DNA of 64,000 bases from Candidatus Omnitrophota bacterium (GTDB lineage: Bacteria; Omnitrophota; Gorgyraeia; Duberdicusellales; 4484-171): the NCBI GenBank assembly GCA_014729775.1, contig WJJJ01000007.1:30302-94301 (forward strand), given 5' to 3'. Made by a program: the position numbers and the translations under genes. The notes under the pieces were generated by a model that searched no databases, had not been told where the DNA came from, and saw only the letters and a list, made by a program, of their open reading frames with translations. Positions 40,634-51,136 of this stretch are shown here, piece by piece. Positions within the stretch are counted from its first letter, which is position 1. Each line of letters begins with the position of its first letter.

Positions 40634-42651
40634 TGAGCGAGAAGCGAAAATATATCCGTATCGCAGGGGTGCTGCCGGTTGAATTTTACGTGATCGACGA
40701 GTTCGGCAAGCGGATCACGCCCTGGCTCCAGGGGTTTACTCAGGATATCGGCAGAGGCGGCGTCTGTTTGTGCGTGAACGATCTATGGTGGGGGTTCTGG
40801 GATCGATTCCATCCCAGGGGCGTGAAACTGGTAGTGAAGATCGATCTTCCGTTTCGGACGGAGCCTCTGTACGCGCACGCGAAAGTCGCCTGGTCCGCGC
40901 AGCGTTCGCTCGCGGATTTCGTGCAGTACCGGTTTGGAGTGGAGTTTACCGGCGCCGCCGTCAAGAACGCGCAGGCACTGTTCCGTTACGCGGTCATAAA
41001 AAAGACGATGCCCGCGGCAGCGGGTATTCTTCTTTTCGCTCTCGTAGCCATCGCGGGATTTTCTTTTGTGCAGATGCGCATGGCTGCCCAGAAAAACAGA
41101 GAGATGGTGGGTGCCTACGCGCGGACAATAGACCGCCTTTCGGCTCTGAAGGATTCCATGGAAGAGGCGGAGGAAAGCGGCGTGTATTTTGCCCGCCGCC
41201 GTCAGGCGGTCGAAGAGAGTATCGGGGTATTCGAGCAGGAATTGGAACGTCTGCAAAACGTATATCTGGAGATAAGACGGGATCGTGCGCCCACGGCACG
41301 CGAGGAACAAACGCGGCTGGAGAAGCAAATACACACGCTTTCGACACGATTGGACGCGATGCAGCGCGAGAACCGTTTTTTAAAGCAAAAACAGCGCCGG
41401 CGGGCTTTATTATCGGAAGAGCTGAGAACAGAGGCGCGAGAATTGCGTCAGCAAAAGCGGCAGTCTTCTTCACGTATTATCGATGGGCTTTACCGCTGGA
41501 TCGCCAACCGGCAGAATTTAGTGAGCGGACTGGTGCTCAGTTACGAAGGGGACCGGAATCTTGACCGGGTATGTTTTACCTATGACCAGTCGCTGGCGGC
41601 GATCGTTTTTCTGCTGTTCGACGAGCAGGAGAAAGCGAAAAAAATCATGGATTTTTATTTGGGCCAAGTCCGGAAAGAGGGGAAGATTTACAACGCGTAT
41701 CATACCCGGGGACATGTGTACGAATATGTCAGGCATTCCGGACCGTATGCGTGGATTGGGATCGCGGCGCTGACCTACGTAAAAAAAACAGGGGACCGCA
41801 CCTATTTGCCGGTTGCCGAACATGTGGCGGAGTTCCTGTGGGCGATGATGGATGAAGAGGGCGGAATCAAAGGGGGGCCGCAGGTTGACTGGTATTCGAC
41901 CGAACATAACCTCGACGCTTACGCGTTTTTTCGGATGTACCGCGCGATTGCTCCGCAGGCGCGCTACCGTGGCGCAGCCGACAAGGTGAAAACCTGGATG
42001 AGCACCTACGCTTACAGCTCATACGGTCCGCCGGTAAAGCGCGGCAAGGGGGATTCTACGATCGCGACCGATACCTACTCCTGGTCGCTCACCGCGATCG
42101 GTCCGGCGCAGCTGCGGTCGCTGCAGATGAATCCGGAACGGATTATGGAGTTCGCGGTGAAGAACTGTGAAGTGGAAACGACCTTTTCTTTTGGCGGACG
42201 TCAGCACCGGGTGCGCGGGTTTGATTTTGCGAAATTCCGCAATTCGGCGCGCGGCGGGGTGATTTCCTGCGAGTGGACCGCGCAGATGATTCTCGCCTTT
42301 GAAATCCTCGCCGATTACTATCGGGAGCGCAGCGAAAGAAAATACCGCTACTATTATGAAAAAGCTGAAAGGTATCTCACCGAACTGCAGAAGATGATTA
42401 TTACTTCTCTGTCCCGTGTGGGAAGAGAAGAACCCTGTTTCCCTTACGCTTCGGCGGCAGCGGTTGATACGGGTCACGGGTGGCGGACGCCCAAGGGAGA
42501 CCGTACCGGGTCCCTGGCGGCTACCGCGTATTTTTTAATCGCATACCACGGTTATAATCCCCTTACCGGCGAATATTTGGGCGTGTCGTTTCTCACTCAA
42601 GACACGAACGAGATTCCGACTGTTCGCGAGGACCTGGGCGATGCCCGATGA
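40633..42651 (+). CDS. PilZ-TM-coiled-coil-(alpha/alpha)-barrel glycosidase-like fusion protein
   Basis: KRKYIR and DIGRGG PilZ motifs; one TM; long heptad region; C-terminal TYDQSLA, GPYAWIGIA, STEHNLDAY, EWTAQM and SLAATAY..A..GYNP motifs. Confidence 0.7.
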   Translation: MSEKRKYIRIAGVLPVEFYVIDEFGKRITPWLQGFTQDIGRGGVCLCVNDLWWGFWDRFHPRGVKLVVKIDLPFRTEPLYAHAKVAWSAQRSLADFVQYRFGVEFTGAAVKNAQALFRYAVIKKTMPAAAGILLFALVAIAGFSFVQMRMAAQKNREMVGAYARTIDRLSALKDSMEEAEESGVYFARRRQAVEESIGVFEQELERLQNVYLEIRRDRAPTAREEQTRLEKQIHTLSTRLDAMQRENRFLKQKQRRRALLSEELRTEARELRQQKRQSSSRIIDGLYRWIANRQNLVSGLVLSYEGDRNLDRVCFTYDQSLAAIVFLLFDEQEKAKKIMDFYLGQVRKEGKIYNAYHTRGHVYEYVRHSGPYAWIGIAALTYVKKTGDRTYLPVAEHVAEFLWAMMDEEGGIKGGPQVDWYSTEHNLDAYAFFRMYRAIAPQARYRGAADKVKTWMSTYAYSSYGPPVKRGKGDSTIATDTYSWSLTAIGPAQLRSLQMNPERIMEFAVKNCEVETTFSFGGRQHRVRGFDFAKFRNSARGGVISCEWTAQMILAFEILADYYRERSERKYRYYYEKAERYLTELQKMIITSLSRVGREEPCFPYASAAAVDTGHGWRTPKGDRTGSLAATAYFLIAYHGYNPLTGEYLGVSFLTQDTNEIPTVREDLGDAR

Positions 42652-42732
42652 TCGATTTTTTTGTAAGACGGGTGCGGTCGGTTCGGATTGTGTTCATTTT
42701 GCGGGAGAGATCCGCGGCCAGAGGAAACAATA

Positions 42733-42761
42733 TTGCTCCTCGTGCGAATCTTTGATAGAAT
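42733..42761 (+). promoter_or_regulatory. Probable sigma70 promoter
   Basis: TTGCTC-17 nt-TAGAAT with extended TG, 9 nt before ATG 42771. Confidence 0.55.
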
Positions 42762-42770
42762 AGCTGTTTC

Positions 42771-43589
42771 ATGAAAGAACGAGCAGTTGAAATTCGCCGG
42801 ATCACCCAGAAGAGGCCGGATATCTTTTTGCTTACCGTCCGTTCTGCCGCGCTGGCAAATCAGGCGCGGCCCGGTCAGTTCCTGCACGTCAAGACGGACG
42901 AGTGCACCACGATCTTACGACGCCCGCTCAGTATTCATCGACGGGAAAAACAGGACCTCTCGCTACTGGTAAAAGTAAGAGGAAGAGGGACCCGCGCGCT
43001 TCTGCGGCGCGCGCCGGGCGAACGCCTGAACGTCATCGGCCCGCTGGGTAACGGGTTTACCCTTTCTCCGTTTCCCGATGGGGGGACCACGATGCTCATT
43101 GCCGGAGGGATCGGGGTGGCGCCGCTGGTGTTTCTCGCCCAGCGGCTCACGGGGACCGCGAAAAGACCGAGTACGGGCCGAAAAATTGCCCTGATCGGAG
43201 CGCGCACCCGGGGAGAGGTGCTCTGCGCGCCGGAGTTTCGCCGGAGGGGATTTACCGTGAAAAAGGCGACCGAAGACGGCAGCGCCGGCCGAAAGGGAAG
43301 TGTCATTGAGCTGGCCCGCGACCTGCTCGCCGCTCGCGGCGATGCCCGGCCGTTACGGATTTTCGCCTGCGGTCCGGAACAGATGTTTTTTCGCCTCCGC
43401 GCCGCGATAAATGAATTATGTCCCGAGCCCGAACGGGTTCGCTGTCAGGTTTCTTTTGAACAATTTATGGGCTGCGGGGTCGGCGTGTGCTGTGCCTGCG
43501 CCATTCCCACGCGGCAGGGATACAAAAAGGTGTGTAAAGACGGACCGGTATTTTCCCTTCACGAATTGAAGGAACGCGGGACGGAATGA
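42771..43589 (+). CDS. pyrK: Dihydroorotate dehydrogenase electron transfer subunit
   Basis: PGQF, LRRPLS, GPLGNGF, AGGIGVAP and MGCGVGVCCAC...VCKDGPVF motifs. Confidence 0.93.
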   Translation: MKERAVEIRRITQKRPDIFLLTVRSAALANQARPGQFLHVKTDECTTILRRPLSIHRREKQDLSLLVKVRGRGTRALLRRAPGERLNVIGPLGNGFTLSPFPDGGTTMLIAGGIGVAPLVFLAQRLTGTAKRPSTGRKIALIGARTRGEVLCAPEFRRRGFTVKKATEDGSAGRKGSVIELARDLLAARGDARPLRIFACGPEQMFFRLRAAINELCPEPERVRCQVSFEQFMGCGVGVCCACAIPTRQGYKKVCKDGPVFSLHELKERGTE

Positions 43590-44415
43590 GTACGCGGAGC
43601 GCTTTTGGTGCTTCACGGAAACCGTGCGGGATCAAGCACTGGCCGCACGAAGACCGGCCGCGCGAGAAACTTCTGCGGCGCAAAGAACACCGCTTGACCG
43701 ACGCGGAATTGCTGGCGGTGCTTCTGGGTACCGGGGTACCGGGAAAGAACGCGGTGGATTTGGCCCGGGAGGTCTTACGGACGTTCAAGACCTTTCGAAA
43801 CATGGCGCATTCGGCGCCGTCCCGGTGGAAACAGCTGAAAGGGCTTGGTCCGGCAAAGCTGGCCCATATCCGTGCCGCGTTGGAAATCGGCCGTCGGTTC
43901 CAGGAGGAGCCGTCTTCCCGCCGCCGCTGCATCCGTTCTTCCGCGGACGTGGCGAGGCGGTTCATGGCCAGGCTGAGAGATTTAAAAAAGGAAGTTTTTT
44001 CGTGGTGCTGGTGAATTCCCGCAATATGATTCTGTCGTGCGAAGAGGTGGGCCAGGGGACGGTGGATTGCGTGAGTCTGTTTTTGAGAGAGATCTTTCAG
44101 AAAGCATTCGAACAGTTCGCATCCGGCGTGCTGTGCGTGCATAATCATCCCTCCGGGGATCCGCATCCCAGCCGGCCGGACAGAGAATTCACCCGTCAGC
44201 TGAACCAGTGCGCGCAGGTGCTGCAGCTGCGATTTTTGGATCACGTGATTATCGGAGATAACACCTATTTCAGCTTTGCCGACGAAGGACTTCTTGTTCC
44301 GGATGCGGCGCAGCAGCGCGGCGCCGCGCCGCGCGCGGGATACCGTTCGCTTCGGCGGCGGTGCTCTCCGGTGCGGCCGGATCAGCTGCGAAAACGGAGG
44401 CGAGTATGTGGATAG
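43586..44415 (+). pseudogene. radC: RadC/JAB-domain protein split by a frameshift near 43984-44000
   Basis: Frame A: DRPREKL..LTDAELLAVLLGTG..KGLGPAK..DLKKEVF; frame B continues FVVLVNSRN..GTVD..HNHPSGDPHPSRPD..LDHVII. Confidence 0.85.
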
Positions 44416-44762
44416 GATATGTGACCGCGGGGCTTGCCGCGGGAATCGCGAGCGGTTTCTTCGGTATCGGCGGAGGTACGCTGCTCATTCCGGTGATGGT
44501 GTATTTGTTCGGTTTGACCCAGCATCAGGCCCAGGGAACGACGCTGGCGCTGATGGTTCCTCCGATCGGACTGCTCGCGGCCTGGCGGTATTACGTTGAA
44601 GGGAACGTGAATATTTCCATGGCCTTATGTATTTGCGCGGGGTTTTTCCTGGGAGGGCTCATCGGGGCCCATTACGTGCAGGAAGTGCCTGATCCGGTGT
44701 TAAAAAGAGTGTTCGGGGGATATTTATTAGTGGTTGCCGTAAAAATGATTATCGGGAAATGA
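44406..44762 (+). CDS. Half-size TauE/SafE (TSUP) membrane protein
   Basis: SGFFGIGGG and QHQAQGTTLA motifs; 4 TMs. Confidence 0.85.
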   Translation: MWIGYVTAGLAAGIASGFFGIGGGTLLIPVMVYLFGLTQHQAQGTTLALMVPPIGLLAAWRYYVEGNVNISMALCICAGFFLGGLIGAHYVQEVPDPVLKRVFGGYLLVVAVKMIIGK

Positions 44763-45697
44763 ACAGGCGCGGGCCGTCGATGAATGTGCGGGTGGGGAGA
44801 TGCAGATATCGGTCTCCCGTGATCTGCGCCTCTGGGACGTTCGGCTACGGGACTGAACTGGGTGCGCTTGCCGATTATTCCGCGATCGGCGCGGTCACGA
44901 CCAAGACCGTGACGCTCGATCCCAGGGAGGGGAATCGTCCTCCCCGTATTTTTGAAACAGCGCATGGCGTGCTGAATTCAATCGGTCTGGAGAACCCGGG
45001 AATTGAACGGTTCTGCCGCGAAATCGTGCCCGCCCTGCGGAGGATGAAAATTCCCTTTATCGTGAGTATCGGCGGGACTACCCAAAGCGAATACGAAGAA
45101 TTGGCGCGTATCCTGGACCGCGTTGCCGGCGTGAAGGCGGTCGAACTCAATCTTTCCTGTCCCAACCTGCGGCTTAAAAAGATGGTTTCTCAGGAAAAAG
45201 TATTGACCAAAAAACTTGTAGCCGGCGTTCGCCGCCGTACGACAAAAACGGTGATCGCCAAGCTGACCCCGGAAGTGACCGATATTACCGAAATTGCCCG
45301 CGCCGCTGAAGCGGGCGGGGCGGACGCGCTTTCGTTGGTGAACACCTATTACGGGATGGCGCTGAATGTGGAAACCGGCGTTCCCCGGCTGGGCAGCGTC
45401 TACGGCGGTTATTCAGGACGGGCGATCAAGCCGTTGAGCCTCTACCGGGTGTGGAGAGTATACCAAGCCGTTTCAATCCCGGTCATCGGCGGGGGAGGGA
45501 TTGAAACCGCGGATGACGCGATTGAATTTTTTCTGGCCGGCGCCTCAGCGGTGAGTCTGGGGACGGTCAATATGGTGTATCCGAAATGCGCCGCGGGGAT
45601 AAAGAAAGGGCTCCAGGCGTATCTGCGGCGGCGGGGGATCCCGCGAATCGCGCGGTTGACCGGAGAGGGACATGAGCGAGCAAAACGTGTGGGATAA
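44759..45697 (+). CDS. pyrD: Dihydroorotate dehydrogenase family 1B catalytic subunit
   Basis: ASGTFGYG, NSIGLENPG, ELNLSCPN, AKLTP and GGYSGRAIKP motifs. Confidence 0.94.
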   Translation: MNRRGPSMNVRVGRCRYRSPVICASGTFGYGTELGALADYSAIGAVTTKTVTLDPREGNRPPRIFETAHGVLNSIGLENPGIERFCREIVPALRRMKIPFIVSIGGTTQSEYEELARILDRVAGVKAVELNLSCPNLRLKKMVSQEKVLTKKLVAGVRRRTTKTVIAKLTPEVTDITEIARAAEAGGADALSLVNTYYGMALNVETGVPRLGSVYGGYSGRAIKPLSLYRVWRVYQAVSIPVIGGGGIETADDAIEFFLAGASAVSLGTVNMVYPKCAAGIKKGLQAYLRRRGIPRIARLTGEGHERAKRVG

Positions 45698-46364
45698 ATT
45701 AATCGTCGCGCTGGATATCGGACAGCGGGAAAGAATCACCGCGATCGTCAACGCGCTTGGTTCACGGGTGCAGAAGTATAAAATCGGCCTGTTTCCCTTC
45801 ACGCTGTTTGGCCCGGATCTGGTACGGGATCTTATCGCCGACGGCCGTGAGATTTTTCTTGATTTGAAAATGCATGACATTCCCCATACCATGCGCAATA
45901 CCGCCGCGGCGGTCACGGAAATGGGCTGTTGGGCCTATACCGTGCACATTAAGGCCGGACCGGAGGCCCTGCGCGCGGTCGTGGAGGAAACGCGCCTCGT
46001 GTCCGCGCGGCTCAACCGCCGGCCGCCGCTGATTTTGGGGGTGACTGAGCTGACCAGCACGGCGGCGGCACAGGCGCAGGTGCTCGATCTGGTCGGGCAG
46101 GCGGTGGATACCGGGATAAACGGGGTCGTCGCTTCGGCGCAGGAGGCGGCCGCAGTGCGCGCGTTGATGCAGCAGGCGGGGGCGGATATGAAAATCGTCA
46201 CGCCGGGCATTCGGGGAGCCTCGGACGCGGCCGGAGATCAAAAACGGGTTGCCACGGCCCGCTACGCGTGCGCGCACGGATCGGATTATATTGTGGTGGG
46301 GCGGCCCATTATCGAAGCTTCCGATCCTTCGGCCGCTGCCCGGAGAATATTGTACGAAGAGTAA
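45672..46364 (+). CDS. pyrF: Orotidine-5'-phosphate decarboxylase
   Basis: LIVALD, FLDLKMHDIPHT, VTPGIR, DQKR and VVGRPI motifs. Confidence 0.95.
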   Translation: MSEQNVWDKLIVALDIGQRERITAIVNALGSRVQKYKIGLFPFTLFGPDLVRDLIADGREIFLDLKMHDIPHTMRNTAAAVTEMGCWAYTVHIKAGPEALRAVVEETRLVSARLNRRPPLILGVTELTSTAAAQAQVLDLVGQAVDTGINGVVASAQEAAAVRALMQQAGADMKIVTPGIRGASDAAGDQKRVATARYACAHGSDYIVVGRPIIEASDPSAAARRILYEE

Positions 46365-46383
46365 CAAGAAAAGGGAGGAAAAT

Positions 46384-46986
46384 ATGGATGTGAAGATCGA
46401 TCAGTTGATAGAACAGATCCGCCGGGAAGGGGTGGATGAAGCCCAGGCCAAGGCCGAGCAGATTCTCGCCCGGGCGGAGTCGGACGCGGAGGAAATCGTG
46501 CGCCGGGCGCGCGAGCAGGCCCGGCAGGAACGGGAAGAGGCGAAAAATCAGGCGGTACAGTTTGAACGGAGCGCGCAGGCGTCTCTCCGGCATGCCGCGC
46601 GAGATCTAGTGTTAGTGTTAAAGGAAAAACTGGAAAGTTTATGCGCCGGCGTATTCACCCGGCAGATCGGGGAAAGCTTTACTCCTGAGTTTTTGCAGGA
46701 AATGATCCGGAAAGTCGTGGACGGCTGGGCGAAAGGAGAATCGGTGGAGGCTCTCCTCAGCGAGCAGGATGCCGCTCGGTTAAAGGAGCATCTCCTCCTG
46801 GCCGTACAAGGCAAGACTTCATTTCCGGTGGAGATTAAAGTCGATAACCGGATCGAACACGGGTTCCGGATCGGAAAGAAAAACGAATCGGTATATTTCG
46901 ACTTTACCGAAGAAGGGATTTTTGAAGCGTTGCAGCAGTATGTCAGCCCCGCGTTGCGGGAAATCTTAAACCGGACCGATGGGTAA
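46384..46986 (+). CDS. V/A-type ATP synthase subunit E
   Basis: LIEQIRREGVDEA coiled coil, GFRIG...DFT; first gene of the ATPase operon. Confidence 0.85.
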   Translation: MDVKIDQLIEQIRREGVDEAQAKAEQILARAESDAEEIVRRAREQARQEREEAKNQAVQFERSAQASLRHAARDLVLVLKEKLESLCAGVFTRQIGESFTPEFLQEMIRKVVDGWAKGESVEALLSEQDAARLKEHLLLAVQGKTSFPVEIKVDNRIEHGFRIGKKNESVYFDFTEEGIFEALQQYVSPALREILNRTDG

Positions 46987-47482
46987 TTATTACTACCTGA
47001 CCGCGCAGCTGCCGCTCCTGCAGTTTGCCCAGCAGCGGGAGGTGCCCTCCCGGGAGGAATTTCTTGAGGAGGCGCGGAAATGGCTCACCCCGCGGGATTT
47101 TTCGGTGCTGGAAAAAGTCGCGCCGGAGGAAACGCGTCTTTTTCCCGGGGAGCCCGGCGTGCTTCGGCAATGGAAACGCATGCGTGAACACATGCGGGAT
47201 GAGATCGGACGCTGGCGCCGGAGTAAACGGGAAGGGCGGGCATACAGGGAGGGCTTCCTGCCGCTGGGAAAGATCACGGCGCAGAATCCGCTTGCGCAGG
47301 AACAGGCGCTGCTGAAATTTCAATGGGAATGGATCGATGAGCGGTTAAGCGGGCACGTGTTTGATCTTGGGTTCGTGATCCTGTATTTTTTGCAGCTGCA
47401 GATTTTACTGCGGCTGAAGTCTTTTACACAGGAAGAAGGCATGAAAATCTTTGAAAAAGTCTGCGAGGTAAACCATGAATAA
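46979..47482 (+). CDS. DUF2764 protein (V-ATPase subunit C-like)
   Basis: YYYLTAQLPLL...HVFD..VILY.LQL.IL.R; located between subunits E and A. Confidence 0.75.
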   Translation: MGNYYYLTAQLPLLQFAQQREVPSREEFLEEARKWLTPRDFSVLEKVAPEETRLFPGEPGVLRQWKRMREHMRDEIGRWRRSKREGRAYREGFLPLGKITAQNPLAQEQALLKFQWEWIDERLSGHVFDLGFVILYFLQLQILLRLKSFTQEEGMKIFEKVCEVNHE

Positions 47483-49220
47483 TCCACAGGGAAGCGTACG
47501 GTCGATCAACGGGAATTTGCTGGCGGTAGAGTTTGAAGAGAACATTCTACAGAACGAAGTCGGGTATGTGGTCTGCGGAGAGGAACGGCTGAAGTCGGAA
47601 GTGATCCGCATTCAGGACACTACCGCGTTTATGCAGGTATTCGAAAGCACCAAGGGACTGAAAGTCGGGGATCCTGTGGCGTTTTCCCGGGAGATGCTTT
47701 CGGTTCAGCTGGGGCCGGGTCTGCTGGGACAGATTTACGACGGCCTGCAGAATCCTCTCCCGGAGCTCGCCTCCCGGCACGGGCATTTCCTTCCCCGGGG
47801 CGTGACGCTGGATGCGCTGGACGCGGAATCAAAATGGGAATTCACGCCGCTGGTGGAACCGGGCGCGACCGTGCGGGCCGGTATTCCGCTCGGCCGGGTT
47901 CCCGAAGGGATTTTTACTCATTATATCATGGTTCCTTTTTCGCTGGCGGGGGAGTACCGGGTTGAAGAGATTGTTCCCGCGGGAGAGCGCCGGCTGACTG
48001 ATACAATCGCGAAGCTGAAAGATGCGCGGGGCAATATCCATGAGATTTCCATGGTGTTTGAATGGCCGGTGAAGGTGCCGATTCAGACGTACCGCCAGCG
48101 CTACGCGCCGGTGGAGCCGCTTACGACCAAGGTGCGGATTATTGATACTTTTTTCCCGGTTGCCAAAGGAGGTACTTACTGTATCCCTGGCCCGTTCGGC
48201 GCGGGGAAAACGGTACTCCAGCAAATTACCAGCCGCTACGCCGAAGTGGATATCGTGATTATTGCGGCCTGCGGCGAGCGCGCCGGGGAAGTAGTGGAAA
48301 CGCTGCGGGAGTTTCCGGAAATTACCGATCCCCGGACCGGGAAATCTTTGATGGAACGGACGATCATTATCTGTAATACCAGTTCCATGCCGGTGGCCGC
48401 CCGGGAGGCCTCAGTGTATACCGCGGCAACGTTAGGCGAATATTACCGGCAGATGGGGTTGCATGTGCTGTTGCTGGCCGATTCTACTTCCCGCTGGGCG
48501 CAGGCGATGCGGGAGGTTTCAGGGCGGCTGGAGGAAATCCCGGGAGAAGAAGCGTTTCCCGCCTATCTTGAATCGCGCATTGCCGAATTCTATGAACGCG
48601 CCGGATTGGTTGAACTGCCGTTCGGCGAAAAGGGAAGTCTGACCATCGGCGGGACCGTGTCCCCCGCCGGAGGAAATTTTGAAGAGCCGGTGACGCAGTC
48701 AACGCTCAAAGTGGTCGGCGCGTTTCTCGGATTGTCCCGCGACCGGGCCAACGCGCGGAAATTCCCCTCGATCCATCCGCTGGAGAGCTGGTCAAAGTAT
48801 CCCACGCTGGTGGAGTCAGCGCAGGTAAGCCGGGCCAAAAATATTCTTTTCCAGGGAAACGAAGTGGATCAGATGATGAAAGTAGTGGGGGAGGAAGGCA
48901 CTTCGCTTGACGACTTCACGGTATATTTGAAAGCGGAGTTCCTCGACGGAGTATACCTGCAGCAGAATGGGTTCGATGAGGTGGATGCGGTGACCTCCCC
49001 CCAGCGGCAGCAGTATGTGTTCGGCAAGGTGTTCGAAGTGCTCACCGCTGCGTTCCGGTTTGACGGCAAAGAAGACGCGCGGAAGTTTTTTTACGAACTC
49101 AGACAGCGGTTTATTGACTGGAACTACGCTCCCTGGGAGTCGGACGAATTCCGGGCTCAGGAGCAAAAGATTGAAGAGTTCTTGAGAGAAAGGATTGTCC
49201 ATGAAGAAAGTGTACAATAA
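47475..49220 (+). CDS. ntpA: V/A-type ATP synthase subunit A
   Basis: [26 protein letters not shown] and DSTSRWA motifs. Confidence 0.95.
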   Translation: MNNPQGSVRSINGNLLAVEFEENILQNEVGYVVCGEERLKSEVIRIQDTTAFMQVFESTKGLKVGDPVAFSREMLSVQLGPGLLGQIYDGLQNPLPELASRHGHFLPRGVTLDALDAESKWEFTPLVEPGATVRAGIPLGRVPEGIFTHYIMVPFSLAGEYRVEEIVPAGERRLTDTIAKLKDARGNIHEISMVFEWPVKVPIQTYRQRYAPVEPLTTKVRIIDTFFPVAKGGTYCIPGPFGAGKTVLQQITSRYAEVDIVIIAACGERAGEVVETLREFPEITDPRTGKSLMERTIIICNTSSMPVAAREASVYTAATLGEYYRQMGLHVLLLADSTSRWAQAMREVSGRLEEIPGEEAFPAYLESRIAEFYERAGLVELPFGEKGSLTIGGTVSPAGGNFEEPVTQSTLKVVGAFLGLSRDRANARKFPSIHPLESWSKYPTLVESAQVSRAKNILFQGNEVDQMMKVVGEEGTSLDDFTVYLKAEFLDGVYLQQNGFDEVDAVTSPQRQQYVFGKVFEVLTAAFRFDGKEDARKFFYELRQRFIDWNYAPWESDEFRAQEQKIEEFLRERIVHEESVQ

Positions 49221-50511
49221 AATTAAAAGTATCGCCGGGAACGTGATCACCGTCCAGGCTGAAGGGGTCAGTTACGAGGAGCTGGCGGAAATTTCTTCCC
49301 GGCGGGGGAAATCCCTGGCGCAGGTGATCAAGATCGAGAACGACCTGGTCTCTCTGCAGGTCTTCGCCGGCAGCCGCGGGATTTCGACCAATGACGAGGT
49401 GCGGTTTTTAGGCCGTCCGATGCAGGTGGCCTTTTCGGAAAAAATGGTCGGCCGGATCTTTGACGGTAGCGGCGCGCCGCGGGATAACGGCCCGGACCTG
49501 ACAGAGAATCTGGTGCCGATTGCCGGACCGTCGGTGAATCCGACCAAACGGATTATTCCCCGGAAGATGATCCGCACCAATATCCCGATGATCGACGTGT
49601 TTAATTCGCTGGTCGTCTCCCAGAAGCTTCCGATCTTTTCGGTATCGGGCGAACCGTATAATGAGCTCCTGGCGCGTATCGCACTGCAGGCCGAAGTGGA
49701 CATGATCGTGCTGGGAGGAATCGGGCTGAAACACGACGAGTATCTCTTCTTCCGGGACACGCTGGAGAAAGGCGGAGCGCTGCAGCGCAGTATCTTTTTC
49801 ATTCATACCGCGTCCGATCCGGTAGTGGAAGGACTGATGGTTCCGGATCTTTCGCTGGCGGTGGCGGAGAAATTCGCCCTGCAGGGGAAGAGTGTGCTGG
49901 TGCTGCTCACTGACATGACCAATTTTGCCGACGCGTTGAAGGAAATTTCCATTACCATGGAACAGGTTCCTTCCAACCGCGGGTATCCGGGCGATCTGTA
50001 CAGTCAGCTTGCCGCGCGGTACGAGAAAGCGGTGGATTTTGATGATGCCGGTTCGATCACGGTGCTGGCGGTAACGAGTATGCCCGGTGACGACGTGACG
50101 CATCCCGTGCCGGATAATACCGGATACATCACGGAAGGGCAGTTTTATCTGCGCAACGGCCGGATTGAACCGTTTGGTTCGCTCAGCCGTCTCAAGCAGC
50201 TGGTGAACAAAAAAACGCGTAAAGATCACCGGGCGATTATGGACGGGATGATCCAGCTCTACGCGGAGTACAAGGAAACCGAAGAAAAAAGGGCTATGGG
50301 ATTCCGGATGAATCCCTGGGATCAGAAGCTGTTACGCTACGGGGAACTGTTTGAACGCAATATGATGGATTTGTCGGTGAATATCCCGCTGGAGGCCGCG
50401 CTGGACAAGGGCTGGGAGATTCTTGCCGAGTGTTTTGAGCCCCAGGAGACCAGTTTCCGTTCGGATCTCACCGAGGAGTTCTGGCCGAAGACGGAGGCGG
50501 CATCGGAATAA
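49201..50511 (+). CDS. ntpB: V/A-type ATP synthase subunit B
   Basis: [19 protein letters not shown] and [14 protein letters not shown] motifs. Confidence 0.95.
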   Translation: MKKVYNKIKSIAGNVITVQAEGVSYEELAEISSRRGKSLAQVIKIENDLVSLQVFAGSRGISTNDEVRFLGRPMQVAFSEKMVGRIFDGSGAPRDNGPDLTENLVPIAGPSVNPTKRIIPRKMIRTNIPMIDVFNSLVVSQKLPIFSVSGEPYNELLARIALQAEVDMIVLGGIGLKHDEYLFFRDTLEKGGALQRSIFFIHTASDPVVEGLMVPDLSLAVAEKFALQGKSVLVLLTDMTNFADALKEISITMEQVPSNRGYPGDLYSQLAARYEKAVDFDDAGSITVLAVTSMPGDDVTHPVPDNTGYITEGQFYLRNGRIEPFGSLSRLKQLVNKKTRKDHRAIMDGMIQLYAEYKETEEKRAMGFRMNPWDQKLLRYGELFERNMMDLSVNIPLEAALDKGWEILAECFEPQETSFRSDLTEEFWPKTEAASE

Positions 50512-50521
50512 AGAGACCGCG

Positions 50522-51136
50522 ATGGCGAAGGTACGGTTTACCAAAAACGAACTGAAACGGCAGAAAGACGGGCTGAAACGGTTCAGCCGTTACCTGCCGA
50601 CGCTGAAGCTCAAAAAACAGCAGCTCCAGTCGGAAATAATGAAGATCCGCCGTCAGGAAGAAGAGCAGCGGTCGGCGATCCGTGCGTTTGGGGAACGCGT
50701 CCGGGCATGGGCGGGGATCTATGCCGATACGCGGGTGCGGATCGCCGAGCAGGTCAAGGTGGAGCAGGTGTCCGTCGGCCGCGGCAACATCGCCGGGATC
50801 GATATCCCGGTGTTTGAGCGGATACGGTTCGGCCCGGCCGAATACGACGAGCGGACGACACCGCTTTGGGTGGATGCCGGCCGGGAGGCCTGCGAGGAGA
50901 TGATCACCTTGAGGGCCAAGGCGGAGGTGCTGCGCCGCCAGCGGGAAAAACTCCAGGAAGAACTGAGGGTTACCGTCCAGCGGGTGAATTTGTTCGAAAA
51001 GGTGAAAATACCCGAAACCAGGGAAAACATCCGCAAGATCAACATATATCTCGGCGATTTACAGACCGCGGCAGTTGTCCGCGGGAAAATCGCCAAGGCC
51101 AAGATCGAAAAAAAGAAAGCAGGCGCGCCGCGATGA
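50522..51136 (+). CDS. ntpD: V/A-type ATP synthase subunit D
   Basis: TKNELK..RYLPTLKLKK and QRVNLFEKVKIP motifs. Confidence 0.92.
   Translation: MAKVRFTKNELKRQKDGLKRFSRYLPTLKLKKQQLQSEIMKIRRQEEEQRSAIRAFGERVRAWAGIYADTRVRIAEQVKVEQVSVGRGNIAGIDIPVFERIRFGPAEYDERTTPLWVDAGREACEEMITLRAKAEVLRRQREKLQEELRVTVQRVNLFEKVKIPETRENIRKINIYLGDLQTAAVVRGKIAKAKIEKKKAGAPR

Noticed and set aside
44012-44014. Selenocysteine or stop read-through of the radC TGA
   Set aside because: The continuation is in another frame, so read-through would not restore the protein
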